Positions 8,038 through 18,691 of a DNA stretch of 64,000 bases are shown piece after piece. The stretch's first letter is position 1. Every line of letters starts with the position of its first letter. A program made the position numbers and the translations under genes. The notes under the pieces are model-generated. The model was not told where the DNA came from. It worked only from the letters and a program-made list of their open reading frames with translations, and did not search any database. Source of the DNA: a virus; IMG/VR virus record IMGVR_UViG_3300004180_000001, positions 2,820-66,819 of that record. One strand, written 5' to 3'.

Positions 8038-11000
8038 ATGTCTCAGCCCAGCTCAGCTGTAAAAATTAAACTCGATATTGACGCCATTGCCGGCAAAATC
8101 AACACAGATCTCCTGACCAAAGAAGTTCAGGCGCAGATAAAGAAAACGCTGGCGGATATTAAGAAATCGAAAACGACTGTTGCGGTCGGGTTCGATCTGG
8201 AAAAAATTTCCAAGGGCGCCCTAGACGCGGCAATAAAGCAGTTCGAAGCCGAGATAGAAAAAGCGACGAAGAAGTTATCCAGCAAACGAAACCTGCGGCT
8301 GGGGATAGCCGAAGCGCTGACGTCTGAACTTCTCAAGGCTAAAAGCACCATCGAGAAAGACGGCAAGATTGTCGGCACCGAGCTGGAAAAAGTTTTAAAA
8401 ACTGTCGCCGCTAAGTTCAAGCTAAGCACCAACATCGCCAATCAACGCAGCCCCTTACGGGACTTCCTGCTGCTGGAAGGTGACTCTGTAAAAGCCGCCG
8501 TTACCGAGCTTAACGCCCAGGCCAGCCTGTATCAAAAAGCCATAGATAAACTGTACTCACAGAGAACCAAGGCCATCAAGCAAGGTGCTGCTTTGCGTGA
8601 AGCAGGCCCAGCACCGAAGTCTGAAAAAGTCGACAAGGTTCCTGCCCAGGCTCTGACTACTGAACAACTGGCGGCGCAGAAACTGGAAGCTGCCTTGTAT
8701 AAGTTGGCGGCGGCTGAGCAGGCGGTAACAACAGCCAAGGCGCTTAACGATTCCAAAAACCGACTCAGAGCTTTAGACCAAGAACGCAAAGCGTTAATTG
8801 CAGTGGCCGAGGCTACCAGGTCGTTGGATAGTTCTTCTGACCTGTCCAAGATAAACGCCAGGCTGACTGTTCTCAATACAGAGCTTACCTCTTATGACCG
8901 CCTGCGGAAGATGGTCATATCTCTGGCTCAGGCTAAGAAAGCGGCAGACGCCGCTGGAACCAAGTCAGAGGCCGCTAAAAAAACAAAGGTACGCGATACT
9001 GAACTTGAAGCGCTCAAAGAACAACGCCAGGCCATTCTTCAAGCGATCGCCGCATACAAACAACTGCAGCGGGAGAAGTCCGCGCAAGGCAGGTTTGTTC
9101 CTGACAAGTCTACCGTCGGTGAGAACCTGTCTGCAAAGCTGGGTGATGTTAATGCCCGCCTACGTTACCTGTCCGAGGATAAAAAATTAACCGACGCGTT
9201 AACTAAATCTCAAGAGGCCTATAACAAGGCACTAGCAGCCGAAGTCTTAGCCAATAAACTGGGGCAAGGCGGTGCTCAGGTAAAGGCGTTGAAGGCCCAG
9301 GAAAAGGCTATACTGGATATCGTCAATGCTCGTGAAGCTATGGCTAAAGCGTTAGGGTTGAAAATTGCTGATCAGGCGCTGGACGTTTATCGTAAAAAGC
9401 TTGACGCTTTGGCAGCTCAATTAAAAGCTCTGCAAGTCGGCGATGCTAAAGTTTTACCTAAAGGAACCCTAGCTGAGGGCGGGTTGAAGAAACAGCTGCA
9501 GGAGGTTATCCGTCTGCGTACAGCCTATCAAAAGGCCAGCCAAGATGCCAAGCTTGCCGCTAATGTAGGCAGCCCGGACTTTCATTTAAAACAGCTTAGC
9601 CGTGAACGCACAGCGTTGCTGGAATTAACGACTTCTTACGAAAGGTTGCAACATCTAAAGTTGCAAGCTACACGCAGTACGCCAGGGCCTAGCAGTGTTT
9701 TACGGGATACTGCGTTAGGTAACAATACCTTAAAAGGTATGAGCGATTCCTTGAAGGACCTGAACGGCCAGTTGCGCGGCTTTGACAGTCTGTGGACCAC
9801 TGCCGCTCAGTCCATGAAGTTATTCTTCAGGTATGCTGTCGGCTACAAAATACTGTACGAGATCTCTGGAGCGATAGCCAACGTAACAAAAGGCGTCATT
9901 GATTTCCAGAATGCCATAGTTTCTATAAAGGCGGTCACCGACGCGACCAACCAGGAAATGCTGCAGACGGGGGCAGCTATTCTGGGCGTCGCGCAAGACA
10001 CCAAATACAGTGTCACCGAAGTTGCGGAAGGAGCGCGGACGCTGGCGCAAGCCGGTATCCCTATAGAGAAATTGGGGTCTGTTTTGCGGGCAACCGCCAA
10101 CCTGGCCTCAACAACCAACGGCACAATAGCCGAGTCAGCCGACCTGATAAGTACCTTTACTCTGGTTTACAAGGATTTCGATCCTTCTATCCTGGCGGAT
10201 AAGCTGGCCAACGCGGCCAACATATCCAAGCTGTCGTTGGGCGACCTGTCCACCGTTATCAGCCGATTGATTGAAACGACTGAGGGCTATACCGTCGGTA
10301 TAGACCAAATGCTGGGCGCGACGGAAACACTTCGTAACGTCGGTATCAAGCCCTCAACAATCGCAACAGGTACACGCCAAGCGATTCTGGAAATATTCTC
10401 TCCTGATCATAAGCTTATACTAGCGCTGCAAAAGCGTTATGCCGAGCTTGGCCAAGATATGTCTGAGTCCGCTATCAAGAGCCTGTTCAACAGTTTTAAG
10501 GATGCCAAAGATCCGCTCCTTGCTGCGATCAACGAGCTGCAGAAACTAGGATTTGCCGGCACCGCTGGCGGGTCTTTGGACCGGGTATTCGACACTCGCG
10601 CTGAAAACGTTATCCGGGCGTTGGTTCAAAACAAAGACGCCTACGTCAAAAACGTCGAAGATACCAAGAAGGTAGGTTCAGCGGCTAAAGGAGCCGCTAC
10701 ACAGCTTGAATCTCTAACCAATAGTGTGACCAACCTGGGGTCAGCTTTAGTGTCCTTGGGCACGGATATTGGCTTGTCTACGGTAAATTCTCTGGCTAAA
10801 GGAATAGAGTCGATAACGGATAAGGTTAAAGAAGCCAGAAATGTTATAAACGAACTTAAGCTTAACAAAGGAGACACCGGCGTTGAGCAGTCGTCTCAAC
10901 TTGGGGTTGGCGCTGGTCTACTTGCTTTCGGTAAGGGGCTGGGGGCTTTCAAGTCCTTGGGGCTGGGACTTGCCGTAACCGCCGCAACCGAGTGGGCTAC

Positions 11001-14000
11001 GATAGTTACACGAGGCAACGAACAGATGGCGGCTTTTATAAAAGCCGTCAACGCTGCTGTGTCAGCGGTCATTATCTTCGCCGCGGCTACCAAGTTAAGC
11101 AAAAACGTCACCGTCGGTTCTGCTGTCGCTGCCGGTGCCAACACTCTTCGATCTGTACAAACTGCGGCGACGGCTGTGCAGGTCGGCGGGGTCGCCGCTG
11201 CAGTTACCTCTGGCGTTAAGAACGCGGCCACCGGCGCTGCGTCAAAAGTAACCGCGTTGGGCAGTAAATTCGGGGTGTTGCTTGGCAAGACTAACTTACT
11301 GGGGCTGGCTTTAACGACCGCATACCTTGCATACGGGGCCTGGGACTCATTCACAAAAGACGAGAAAACGTCTGAAGAAAAGTTTGCTGCAAAGGAACAA
11401 GCCAAAATTGCCAAGGTTGAAGAAGCCAAAGCCGACTTGGAAAAGCTTAATACTAAGAATGCGGGCATTGAAGAGGGGCGTAAAAATACCGCCGACTTTG
11501 TAGCCTCAGCCGCAGAAGTTAGCGAAATTGTTGCAGAGTATTCTCAGATCGGTAAGCAAGGTATTGACAAGGTCAATGACAGTGCTGTGTTAAGCTTAAA
11601 GAAAGCCTCAGATGACCTTAAAGCTGTAGGCGTTAGTTCAGATATATCGGGAGCTTTCGGGAAATCTACCCCAGAGATAAAAGCTTTATTGGACAAAGCT
11701 ATTGCCGGCACCAAGGATATCGGCACACAAGCCTTCCAGGACTTGGTAAGTAATCTGGAACAGCTCAGAGGACTGGAGGCCGGCGCCATAGATAAAGGTA
11801 AGTTCGCCACCAAACTTCAAGCAGCCAGCGACTTCATACAAAAAGCGGAAGCGGAACGGGCCAGCTACATCAGGCAGCTGGAGTTAGCTTTATCAAATCC
11901 AGGTGGCGCAGATAACAAGGCTATTATAGAGGCTTACCAAAAGCTGCCTGCTGACGTAAAACAATTTCTCCAGACGACGGTAAGTACGTTTGACGGCGCT
12001 AAGGAATTACTGAAAATATCAGGCGAAGGTAGCCTCAATTTAAAAACAGAGTTAGCGTCAACAGCTGAAGGAGTAGAGAAGGTATTTCAAAGCCAGATAA
12101 GCTTGGCCAGAACTATAGCCAATGAAATGCTGTCCGCCGTTGGAGACGCGAAGAGGATAAAGCAAGGAGAGCTTCAAGGCATGCTGGAGGCGGCTGTAAA
12201 AGATGGCAGTACCAAGCTGGTTGAAGGCCTGGTCGATGTTATAAAAGCGGCTACCGGGGAAGATCTGTCACCGACTATAGCCGCTGCTAAGGAAAATGCC
12301 AAACAGAAAATTCTTAAATCCATTAGCGAAAAAGTTAAAGGTATCGACACCGAGATACCTACATCTAAAGCCTCGTTGGCGCCGCTATCTGAATTTTCCG
12401 CTAACTCTGATAAAAAGGTTATTCAGGAGGGTAAAAAGCAAATAGCCAATGAGATAGAGTTCACCAAGTTGGGTGAAGATAAGTTGTCACTTGCGAAAAC
12501 CATAAAGGCGCAGTACGAAGCGCTAGAGGTACAAGTCAAGGCTGGCACAATATCAGAAGAGGACGTTAAGCTACAGTTGCTCGGCATTGCTGTAACCGAA
12601 CAATCGTTGGCCAACGTTAAAAATAAACAGTCCAAAATTGCCGGCGTAAATCTCGAAGCTGAAACCAAGATTGCCGCTATCAAGCGCAGCTTCGTGATCA
12701 ATGAAGAAGACATTCTGTCCAAAGAGCGACGGCTAAAAGAATTAACGTCAGCCAAGGTTCAAGACCTGGAAGCTGTTGTCGCCTTGAGTGCCGACATTTA
12801 CGCAGCCAAGCAGGCTCAGCTTAACTTGGAGAAAAAGGTTCTCGAAGACGACCTTCGTAAAAAGGTCGAGGACTTTAGAGCCGGTGATACGAAAGGCCTT
12901 AATGGGCAACAGATACTGGATGCACTCAATAATGAAGCCGGTAGAAAACTGCTGGCTGACAACGAGGAACTGGCTAAAACGGTGCAAGCCTACACCGATG
13001 TTATGCACCGGTCAGCTGCCTTGGAGGAAAGCCATCTTACTGAGCTGCAAAACGTTTACGGCAAGCAACTCGAAAGAGAACAATCCAAATTAACGACTCA
13101 GCAAAACAAGACTCAAGCTATAGAGTCTCAACTGCAAACCGTTACCGGAAAACTGGCTGACGCTAGAAGTCGGCTTGCCGAACTGTATGACAAACGGGTT
13201 GCCGCTGAAAATTTTTACGACGATGCGCTACGCGTTAAGGCTAACGGAGGGGCAACCAAGGACGACCTTCAAGCGGCGGTAGATACTGCGCAAGGCTCGC
13301 CTTCAATTGACGCCGCTCGGCAAGTTGTCGATATTGCTAAGGAGTTGCTGCAAGCGGGTAAACTCTCTAAGTCGGATTATAAAAGCAAGGTCGAAGACGC
13401 CAGAGCTATAGAGTTGGGCGTCATAGCTAACGATGTTTCTGAATTGCCTGCCGAAATAAGGAATTTAGGTATTGCCCAGACACAGTTATCGGCGGCAATG
13501 GAACTTAGCATCCAAGAAGAGAAAGCCTTAACATCAAGCATAGAAAGGCTTACAGCGGCTATGGAGGCTTTGCCTACGCAGCTGGCACAGCAGCCCTCGA
13601 CAGAAGTTGCCGCTAAACCTCAAGAACCGGTTAGTGTTGAAGCGCCTGCCGCTCCTGCCGCAGTACCCCACCTTGCTGGCGGGGGGTTGGTAACAGATGG
13701 CCCTGATGGCATCGACACGATCGATGCCCGTCTGACGAAGCACGAGTACGTTATGCCGGTGACGCCTACCCGGTTTTACGGCAAGGAGTTTATGGATAAG
13801 TTGAGATCCATGCAGATACCAAGGCAGGCGGTGACTATGGCGCCTGCTGTCAGCCCTGGGCAAACCGCGTCAGCTTCTTCTATTCAGGCGCAAGATCGAA
13901 TGAAGAATTACCAGCCTGTTAATATCACTATCGGAGGTGCTACAATTAGCGCACTTGCTCAACCAGATCCGATAGAAAAGTTCAAACAGGCGCTTAGCCT

Positions 14001-14037
14001 TCAGTCACTAAAAACCGGTAAAAGGGCCACCAAATGA
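8038..14037 (+). CDS. Tail tape measure protein
   Basis: 1999 aa, Ala/Lys/Leu helical; TP901-like core (TKYSVTEVAEGARTLAQAG...ADKLANAANIS...); C-terminal LAGGGLV..GPDG.D.IDARL...EYV motif. Confidence 0.9.
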   Translation: MSQPSSAVKIKLDIDAIAGKINTDLLTKEVQAQIKKTLADIKKSKTTVAVGFDLEKISKGALDAAIKQFEAEIEKATKKLSSKRNLRLGIAEALTSELLKAKSTIEKDGKIVGTELEKVLKTVAAKFKLSTNIANQRSPLRDFLLLEGDSVKAAVTELNAQASLYQKAIDKLYSQRTKAIKQGAALREAGPAPKSEKVDKVPAQALTTEQLAAQKLEAALYKLAAAEQAVTTAKALNDSKNRLRALDQERKALIAVAEATRSLDSSSDLSKINARLTVLNTELTSYDRLRKMVISLAQAKKAADAAGTKSEAAKKTKVRDTELEALKEQRQAILQAIAAYKQLQREKSAQGRFVPDKSTVGENLSAKLGDVNARLRYLSEDKKLTDALTKSQEAYNKALAAEVLANKLGQGGAQVKALKAQEKAILDIVNAREAMAKALGLKIADQALDVYRKKLDALAAQLKALQVGDAKVLPKGTLAEGGLKKQLQEVIRLRTAYQKASQDAKLAANVGSPDFHLKQLSRERTALLELTTSYERLQHLKLQATRSTPGPSSVLRDTALGNNTLKGMSDSLKDLNGQLRGFDSLWTTAAQSMKLFFRYAVGYKILYEISGAIANVTKGVIDFQNAIVSIKAVTDATNQEMLQTGAAILGVAQDTKYSVTEVAEGARTLAQAGIPIEKLGSVLRATANLASTTNGTIAESADLISTFTLVYKDFDPSILADKLANAANISKLSLGDLSTVISRLIETTEGYTVGIDQMLGATETLRNVGIKPSTIATGTRQAILEIFSPDHKLILALQKRYAELGQDMSESAIKSLFNSFKDAKDPLLAAINELQKLGFAGTAGGSLDRVFDTRAENVIRALVQNKDAYVKNVEDTKKVGSAAKGAATQLESLTNSVTNLGSALVSLGTDIGLSTVNSLAKGIESITDKVKEARNVINELKLNKGDTGVEQSSQLGVGAGLLAFGKGLGAFKSLGLGLAVTAATEWATIVTRGNEQMAAFIKAVNAAVSAVIIFAAATKLSKNVTVGSAVAAGANTLRSVQTAATAVQVGGVAAAVTSGVKNAATGAASKVTALGSKFGVLLGKTNLLGLALTTAYLAYGAWDSFTKDEKTSEEKFAAKEQAKIAKVEEAKADLEKLNTKNAGIEEGRKNTADFVASAAEVSEIVAEYSQIGKQGIDKVNDSAVLSLKKASDDLKAVGVSSDISGAFGKSTPEIKALLDKAIAGTKDIGTQAFQDLVSNLEQLRGLEAGAIDKGKFATKLQAASDFIQKAEAERASYIRQLELALSNPGGADNKAIIEAYQKLPADVKQFLQTTVSTFDGAKELLKISGEGSLNLKTELASTAEGVEKVFQSQISLARTIANEMLSAVGDAKRIKQGELQGMLEAAVKDGSTKLVEGLVDVIKAATGEDLSPTIAAAKENAKQKILKSISEKVKGIDTEIPTSKASLAPLSEFSANSDKKVIQEGKKQIANEIEFTKLGEDKLSLAKTIKAQYEALEVQVKAGTISEEDVKLQLLGIAVTEQSLANVKNKQSKIAGVNLEAETKIAAIKRSFVINEEDILSKERRLKELTSAKVQDLEAVVALSADIYAAKQAQLNLEKKVLEDDLRKKVEDFRAGDTKGLNGQQILDALNNEAGRKLLADNEELAKTVQAYTDVMHRSAALEESHLTELQNVYGKQLEREQSKLTTQQNKTQAIESQLQTVTGKLADARSRLAELYDKRVAAENFYDDALRVKANGGATKDDLQAAVDTAQGSPSIDAARQVVDIAKELLQAGKLSKSDYKSKVEDARAIELGVIANDVSELPAEIRNLGIAQTQLSAAMELSIQEEKALTSSIERLTAAMEALPTQLAQQPSTEVAAKPQEPVSVEAPAAPAAVPHLAGGGLVTDGPDGIDTIDARLTKHEYVMPVTPTRFYGKEFMDKLRSMQIPRQAVTMAPAVSPGQTASASSIQAQDRMKNYQPVNITIGGATISALAQPDPIEKFKQALSLQSLKTGKRATK

Positions 14038-14582
14038 GCGGCAATATAGATAATCTTCCCCGATGGTTTGAACTGTCTGACGGCGTGCATACCTGCAAGG
14101 TACATCTTTACGAGGCGCTGGGCTACACTCAGACGTATGAAAAGTTTGGCGGCAACACAGTACACCGTATGCTGTCCGGTAAAGGTATAAAACAAACCAA
14201 CTGGGCCAAATTGAGAACCACGTTGTCGGGTAACGGCGGTATGCCTTTAGGGTTTTCGGCGCTCAACTACGCCGGCGTGCTGACTTTGAAGTGCGGTACG
14301 CAAAGAGCGATCAGCCAGACCACCAACGTTATCGTCATACCTGCCGCCCGGCGCACCGATTCAGGTTATGAACCGGTGGCGTTTAAATGCGTGGACGGCT
14401 TTTGGGTTGAAGCCGCCATGGCGTTGTCAGGCAATACCGCCACCATAACCGCAGATGGCGCCGCAACTGCATATATGGTTCAATACTACCCGCAGTTGTC
14501 GGTGCTAATGGACGATCCAAATGAATCCTACGACTGGGGTGAAGCTTCCAGTTCCTGGTCAATAACTGCAGAGGAAGAGTGA
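14034..14582 (+). CDS. Putative distal tail protein
   Basis: ATGA overlap with the tape measure stop; size and position typical. Confidence 0.5.
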   Translation: MSGNIDNLPRWFELSDGVHTCKVHLYEALGYTQTYEKFGGNTVHRMLSGKGIKQTNWAKLRTTLSGNGGMPLGFSALNYAGVLTLKCGTQRAISQTTNVIVIPAARRTDSGYEPVAFKCVDGFWVEAAMALSGNTATITADGAATAYMVQYYPQLSVLMDDPNESYDWGEASSSWSITAEEE

Positions 14583-14583
14583 T

Positions 14584-15837
14584 ATGTTTTTGTTCGCTAA
14601 CAATGCGGAGACGGTTTTAGCCGCCAACATAACCAACAGCCAAACCACGATGGCTTTTGCCACTGGCGGCGGAGCCAGGTTTCCTGACATAGCTCCTGCG
14701 ACAGGTGATGTTCAGGCGGTAACGTTGACTGACGGCATTAACTTCGAAGTAGTTTACATCGTAAACAAAACCGGCGATGCGGTTGCCAATATGTGGCGAG
14801 CCAACGAGGACCCGTATATTGCCTACGCCTGGCCTGCAGGTACGACTGTAAAAGCCAACGTTACCGCCGACCTGCTAAATAATTTCTGGCAAAAGTACAG
14901 CTCGGCTCGGGTAATTCTTGGCGATAGCGTAGTGGCCACACCTTCTCAATGCGCGGTTGTCGGCGACTCAGTCAGGGCGGACAGGCCTGTGCCTTGGTCT
15001 ACCGGCGTTTACCCGCCTGTAGGCGGCATGATAAAGGCCACGGCGTCTGATGCTTACTTCATGAACGTATCATTTTCGTTTGGGGCTTTTACAGGAGCTT
15101 CAGAGCCTACCTGGAACGTCTCGGCTGAAGGCAACATCACCACCGATAACGGTATAGAGTGGATGTACGTAGGATCGCCTGCAACCTACACGTTGTCGTT
15201 CTTTACTGCTATAGGGGCTAACGCGTCAACGGCAGATGCTAAAGGAATAGCCATTGGGTTAACTTCCAACGCTACTCTGGAGTCCGTAGCCATAGGGTTT
15301 ACAGCTGCTTCAAATAAATACGCATCTGCTGTAGGGTCCGGCGCCAGAGCTTTTGCGCAAAAATGTGTAGCGCTTGGGTACAACGCCTTGAACAAGGTGT
15401 TAGGAACTTACGTTATAACCGGACTTAGCCTGGTCAGAAAAGACCGCGGGGAGTCTGCCAGTGATGAGCACTTAAACTTCACAGGAGCGCAGTCTCTAAT
15501 TCTATCGAAGGAGATTAACCTTAAAACTTTACTGGATGACGCGGCCACCATCACGGTGCCTACAGGCGCTACCTTCTATGCCGACGAGGTTGGCGTCATT
15601 GTGACCCAGGCTTCTGGAGTAACCGGGCAACCCAGTGTAGCGTTTGGCGTAACAGGAAATACGGTGTCTGTGCTGGCCTCCACGGCTACCACTAAAAATG
15701 CCGTTAAAGGCCGAGACGTATTTACGCCCTTGACTAAAGACGGCCTAAACAGCTTGACCGCCAGCATTAAGACAGCAGCTACCGGCACCACGTTGATGGG
15801 TAGATTTTATTGGAAAGGCGTTCTGGTTGAAGACTGA
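14584..15837 (+). CDS. Tail fibre/adhesin-like protein
   Basis: N-term FANNAETVLAANIT; YadA-head-like AIG..A repeats (TAIGANAST, IAIGLTSNA, VAIGFTAAS, SAVGSGARA, VALGYNA). Confidence 0.6.
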   Translation: MFLFANNAETVLAANITNSQTTMAFATGGGARFPDIAPATGDVQAVTLTDGINFEVVYIVNKTGDAVANMWRANEDPYIAYAWPAGTTVKANVTADLLNNFWQKYSSARVILGDSVVATPSQCAVVGDSVRADRPVPWSTGVYPPVGGMIKATASDAYFMNVSFSFGAFTGASEPTWNVSAEGNITTDNGIEWMYVGSPATYTLSFFTAIGANASTADAKGIAIGLTSNATLESVAIGFTAASNKYASAVGSGARAFAQKCVALGYNALNKVLGTYVITGLSLVRKDRGESASDEHLNFTGAQSLILSKEINLKTLLDDAATITVPTGATFYADEVGVIVTQASGVTGQPSVAFGVTGNTVSVLASTATTKNAVKGRDVFTPLTKDGLNSLTASIKTAATGTTLMGRFYWKGVLVED

Positions 15838-17930
15838 TGATTAACGACGGCGTTATAAACGGCAGTTTAATAAACGGGGACAGCACGCCTTGGTCGTTGG
15901 ATATAGGCACTGTCAGTGTGCCTATAACTCAAACAATATTTTCCCTAAACGACACTGTCTCCGTAGGCATTACCCAGGTAATATTCTCCAAAGGAGTTTT
16001 ATCCGCGGTAATTGAATCCATTATAGTCAACAGAACCAGCACATTAAACGTAGGCATAACTCAGCAAGTTATGCCACCTGCCACGTCTTTGTCGGTCGGT
16101 ATAACGCAGTCTATTGTAACTCCCCCAGCGGCACCGTCAGGTGGGCAGCAATGGTCAGTAAAAGTTTATCTAGGTGGCGTTGACGTTTCCATAAACCTGA
16201 CAGGAACTGTATCAGTCGACTGCGAGGTTAACGCCGCCCGTGTAGCCTCGTTTACTTTGAAGCCAACAGCTGGAATTGTGAACCCATTCGATTGGGTTAA
16301 GAAACCGGTAAGGATAGATTACATTCATTCTAACTCAGCAGGAACTGTGCTGGGCACATACCAGCTATTCTCAGGTGTGGTGGATACCCCTATTTACAAT
16401 CCAACGACCCGGTTAACGTCTTTCGACTGCACGGATCAACTTCAAAAGAAGTTTGAAGCCATGCCAAAAGACGCTATAGCCGCCTTGATTCCAGGGTTCT
16501 GGTCGGACGCGGTGTTCAGCAAAGACGCGGATCCCTGGACTTACGCTCAGGACCTGCTCAGCACGATACCTTACGACATGGACGCCAACCTGTCAGGCAA
16601 CATCATATTGACGCCTTGGCTGGCTAAAAGCACAGCCGATTTCGCATTCAACTCAGATACCATTATCGACGAGAGTTTACTGGTCACCCTAGCCAACAGT
16701 CGAGATCTGATAAACGACTATGCTGTCTCGTTGGATTACCGTTACGAGCAATACCGGGAGCGAGGCGTGCGGATACGGTGGGACATGGACCCTCCTGTGC
16801 TATCTGCAGACAGCATAACTTACAATCCGCAAGTGCCTGCAGGGCAGACCTTTAACGACGCCGTCAGCGCAGCCGGTTTAGCCTTTACCGTAAAACCTTG
16901 GCTTGAGCCGCTGCCTGTATCTGGAACCTACACCGTATTCGGGTTTGTCGGCGGCGCTCAGTCTGTTTTATTTGCCAATGAAAATCCTGACGGTATTCAG
17001 TCGGCAACCGGCGTCTGCTCTCTTCGGTACAGTCAAACCATAACCGAGAAAAGAAAGACCCGGGTCTACGCGCCGCAAAGCGTAGGCCAGCTGGGGTCTA
17101 TAAAAGCCGATATGTCTGCGTCTGTTCAGGCTGATTACGGAGATAAGCTAAAGGATTTCAACACAACTGAAGAGCGTGAAGAATCTCACACAAACACCGC
17201 TAGAGCTGTGACCGTATCCAGCGGCGGCAGTAACGTTGTCTATAACATTGGCGGGTTGGTAACGACAAAGTACCAGGCGCACAAAATAGATTATTCTGCA
17301 TACGCCGGCGCTTCTTACGGAACCCCCAACGAAATAATTTACAATTTCACATCCCTGGTAAAGACGGGATCAAGAGCCGACTCTAACAACGCTGACGAGA
17401 CCTTGTTAAACCTGGCCAGTACAGGAATATTAGGATCACACAGAAAAAATTCCGCGGCTTTCACCACTATCCTGGCGCCCTACCTGGACCGAAAAAATAC
17501 CGTTCGTATCGATACTGATACTGTTACGGCGAAAGGTAAGGTACGTCAAATCACGCACACCATGGATATTGAGCGAGGGTCTGCTGTTTCTGAAGTCACT
17601 TTGGCTATCAGCTTGGCGTCTGCGGTTGGTATTCCCCCGTCGCCGCCTGTACTGGCCGCTCCAACAGCTGATGCTTTAAAGCCTTCCACCAATTCCGTCT
17701 ACGCGCAGACGATGGTTCTGCCCACGCATGTGGCCGGCCTCAGTGGGGCCTTCAGTGATACTTGGGACGGCTGGATAGCAACGTCAGCTGTTGAGGCCGA
17801 AGGCTACAACAATTCGTTCGTAATAAAATTCGGCGGTGTGCCGGACGCTAATGTACAAGAGCAGGAAGTGCCGCATTCTGCGGAGTTCCAAGTTATAATT
17901 CCTATTGATGAATTAATTTTAGAGGCATAA
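15837..17930 (+). CDS. Tail tip/baseplate hub-like protein
   Basis: 697 aa after the tape measure and distal tail genes; hub-like segments LFSGVVDTP...FDCTDQL and GKVRQITH. Confidence 0.55.
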   Translation: MINDGVINGSLINGDSTPWSLDIGTVSVPITQTIFSLNDTVSVGITQVIFSKGVLSAVIESIIVNRTSTLNVGITQQVMPPATSLSVGITQSIVTPPAAPSGGQQWSVKVYLGGVDVSINLTGTVSVDCEVNAARVASFTLKPTAGIVNPFDWVKKPVRIDYIHSNSAGTVLGTYQLFSGVVDTPIYNPTTRLTSFDCTDQLQKKFEAMPKDAIAALIPGFWSDAVFSKDADPWTYAQDLLSTIPYDMDANLSGNIILTPWLAKSTADFAFNSDTIIDESLLVTLANSRDLINDYAVSLDYRYEQYRERGVRIRWDMDPPVLSADSITYNPQVPAGQTFNDAVSAAGLAFTVKPWLEPLPVSGTYTVFGFVGGAQSVLFANENPDGIQSATGVCSLRYSQTITEKRKTRVYAPQSVGQLGSIKADMSASVQADYGDKLKDFNTTEEREESHTNTARAVTVSSGGSNVVYNIGGLVTTKYQAHKIDYSAYAGASYGTPNEIIYNFTSLVKTGSRADSNNADETLLNLASTGILGSHRKNSAAFTTILAPYLDRKNTVRIDTDTVTAKGKVRQITHTMDIERGSAVSEVTLAISLASAVGIPPSPPVLAAPTADALKPSTNSVYAQTMVLPTHVAGLSGAFSDTWDGWIATSAVEAEGYNNSFVIKFGGVPDANVQEQEVPHSAEFQVIIPIDELILEA

Positions 17931-17933
17931 CCC

Positions 17934-18359
17934 ATGTCATTGACGTTCGGGCTTTACACCGATGCAGGTCTAACCATCCCTTTAGCTTCAAACCTGTTCG
18001 CAACGCAGGCGTCCGACGGGTCAACAGGGCCTGTGAACTTTCAACTCTGGTTGGGATCCAACTCTGTAGGAAAGAAAATTCAAGCCGACTCAAGCCCAGG
18101 CGTAGCTCAGATAGCGCTATCCATTGCAGACTCTACCCCAGGGGTGGGGCACCTGCCAGCTGAAGTAAAACTGGCTTTAACGCAAGGCGCGTTAGCTGCC
18201 GCAACTGGAGGGGCTTCGTTAAACCTGGGTTTAACCATACTGTCAGGAGCATCCAATGCTGTAACTTTCTGGGTCAGGGTAAACGATGTAACCGGAGTTG
18301 TCGGCACCGAGACTCAGCTTTCAGTGAATACCAATACGTTAAGGGAAACAGCGGTGTGA
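17934..18359 (+). CDS. Tail-associated structural protein
   Basis: GAGG RBS; beta-rich 141 aa in the tail-tip cluster. Confidence 0.55.
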   Translation: MSLTFGLYTDAGLTIPLASNLFATQASDGSTGPVNFQLWLGSNSVGKKIQADSSPGVAQIALSIADSTPGVGHLPAEVKLALTQGALAAATGGASLNLGLTILSGASNAVTFWVRVNDVTGVVGTETQLSVNTNTLRETAV

Positions 18360-18691
18360 GTGTAGATAGAGACCTGCAAAGGGATATTAACAGCCTCGTC
18401 GATCCGGACAGTAAGTTAAATACGACTGAACTCGATCCAGCTGAAGAAAAAGACTCAATAGGAGAATCTGTTGGTGTGGCTACGCTACTTGTGGTTGCTA
18501 CGCCCCTACCAACGCCGCCTGTAACGCCAGAGCCACCTGTAATTGCGTCACCTTTAACTGAGGTAAGTCGCGTCGAAGCATCCTTTACAGTAGCTGCAGG
18601 CGGGACAATATACGTCCCCACTCAAGTTACAATGCACGATGCTAACGGAAAAGTCTTCGTGTTCAATTACGCCACACCGACGATAGGCTAA
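18356..18691 (+). CDS. Hypothetical tail-associated protein
   Basis: GTGA overlap with the previous gene; Pro-rich linker. Confidence 0.5.
   Translation: MSVDRDLQRDINSLVDPDSKLNTTELDPAEEKDSIGESVGVATLLVVATPLPTPPVTPEPPVIASPLTEVSRVEASFTVAAGGTIYVPTQVTMHDANGKVFVFNYATPTIG

Noticed and set aside
8127-13863. Many antisense ORFs within the tape measure gene (and similar shadow ORFs in other long genes)
   Set aside because: They are fully nested opposite a well-supported gene, lack an RBS and have codon-shadow composition.
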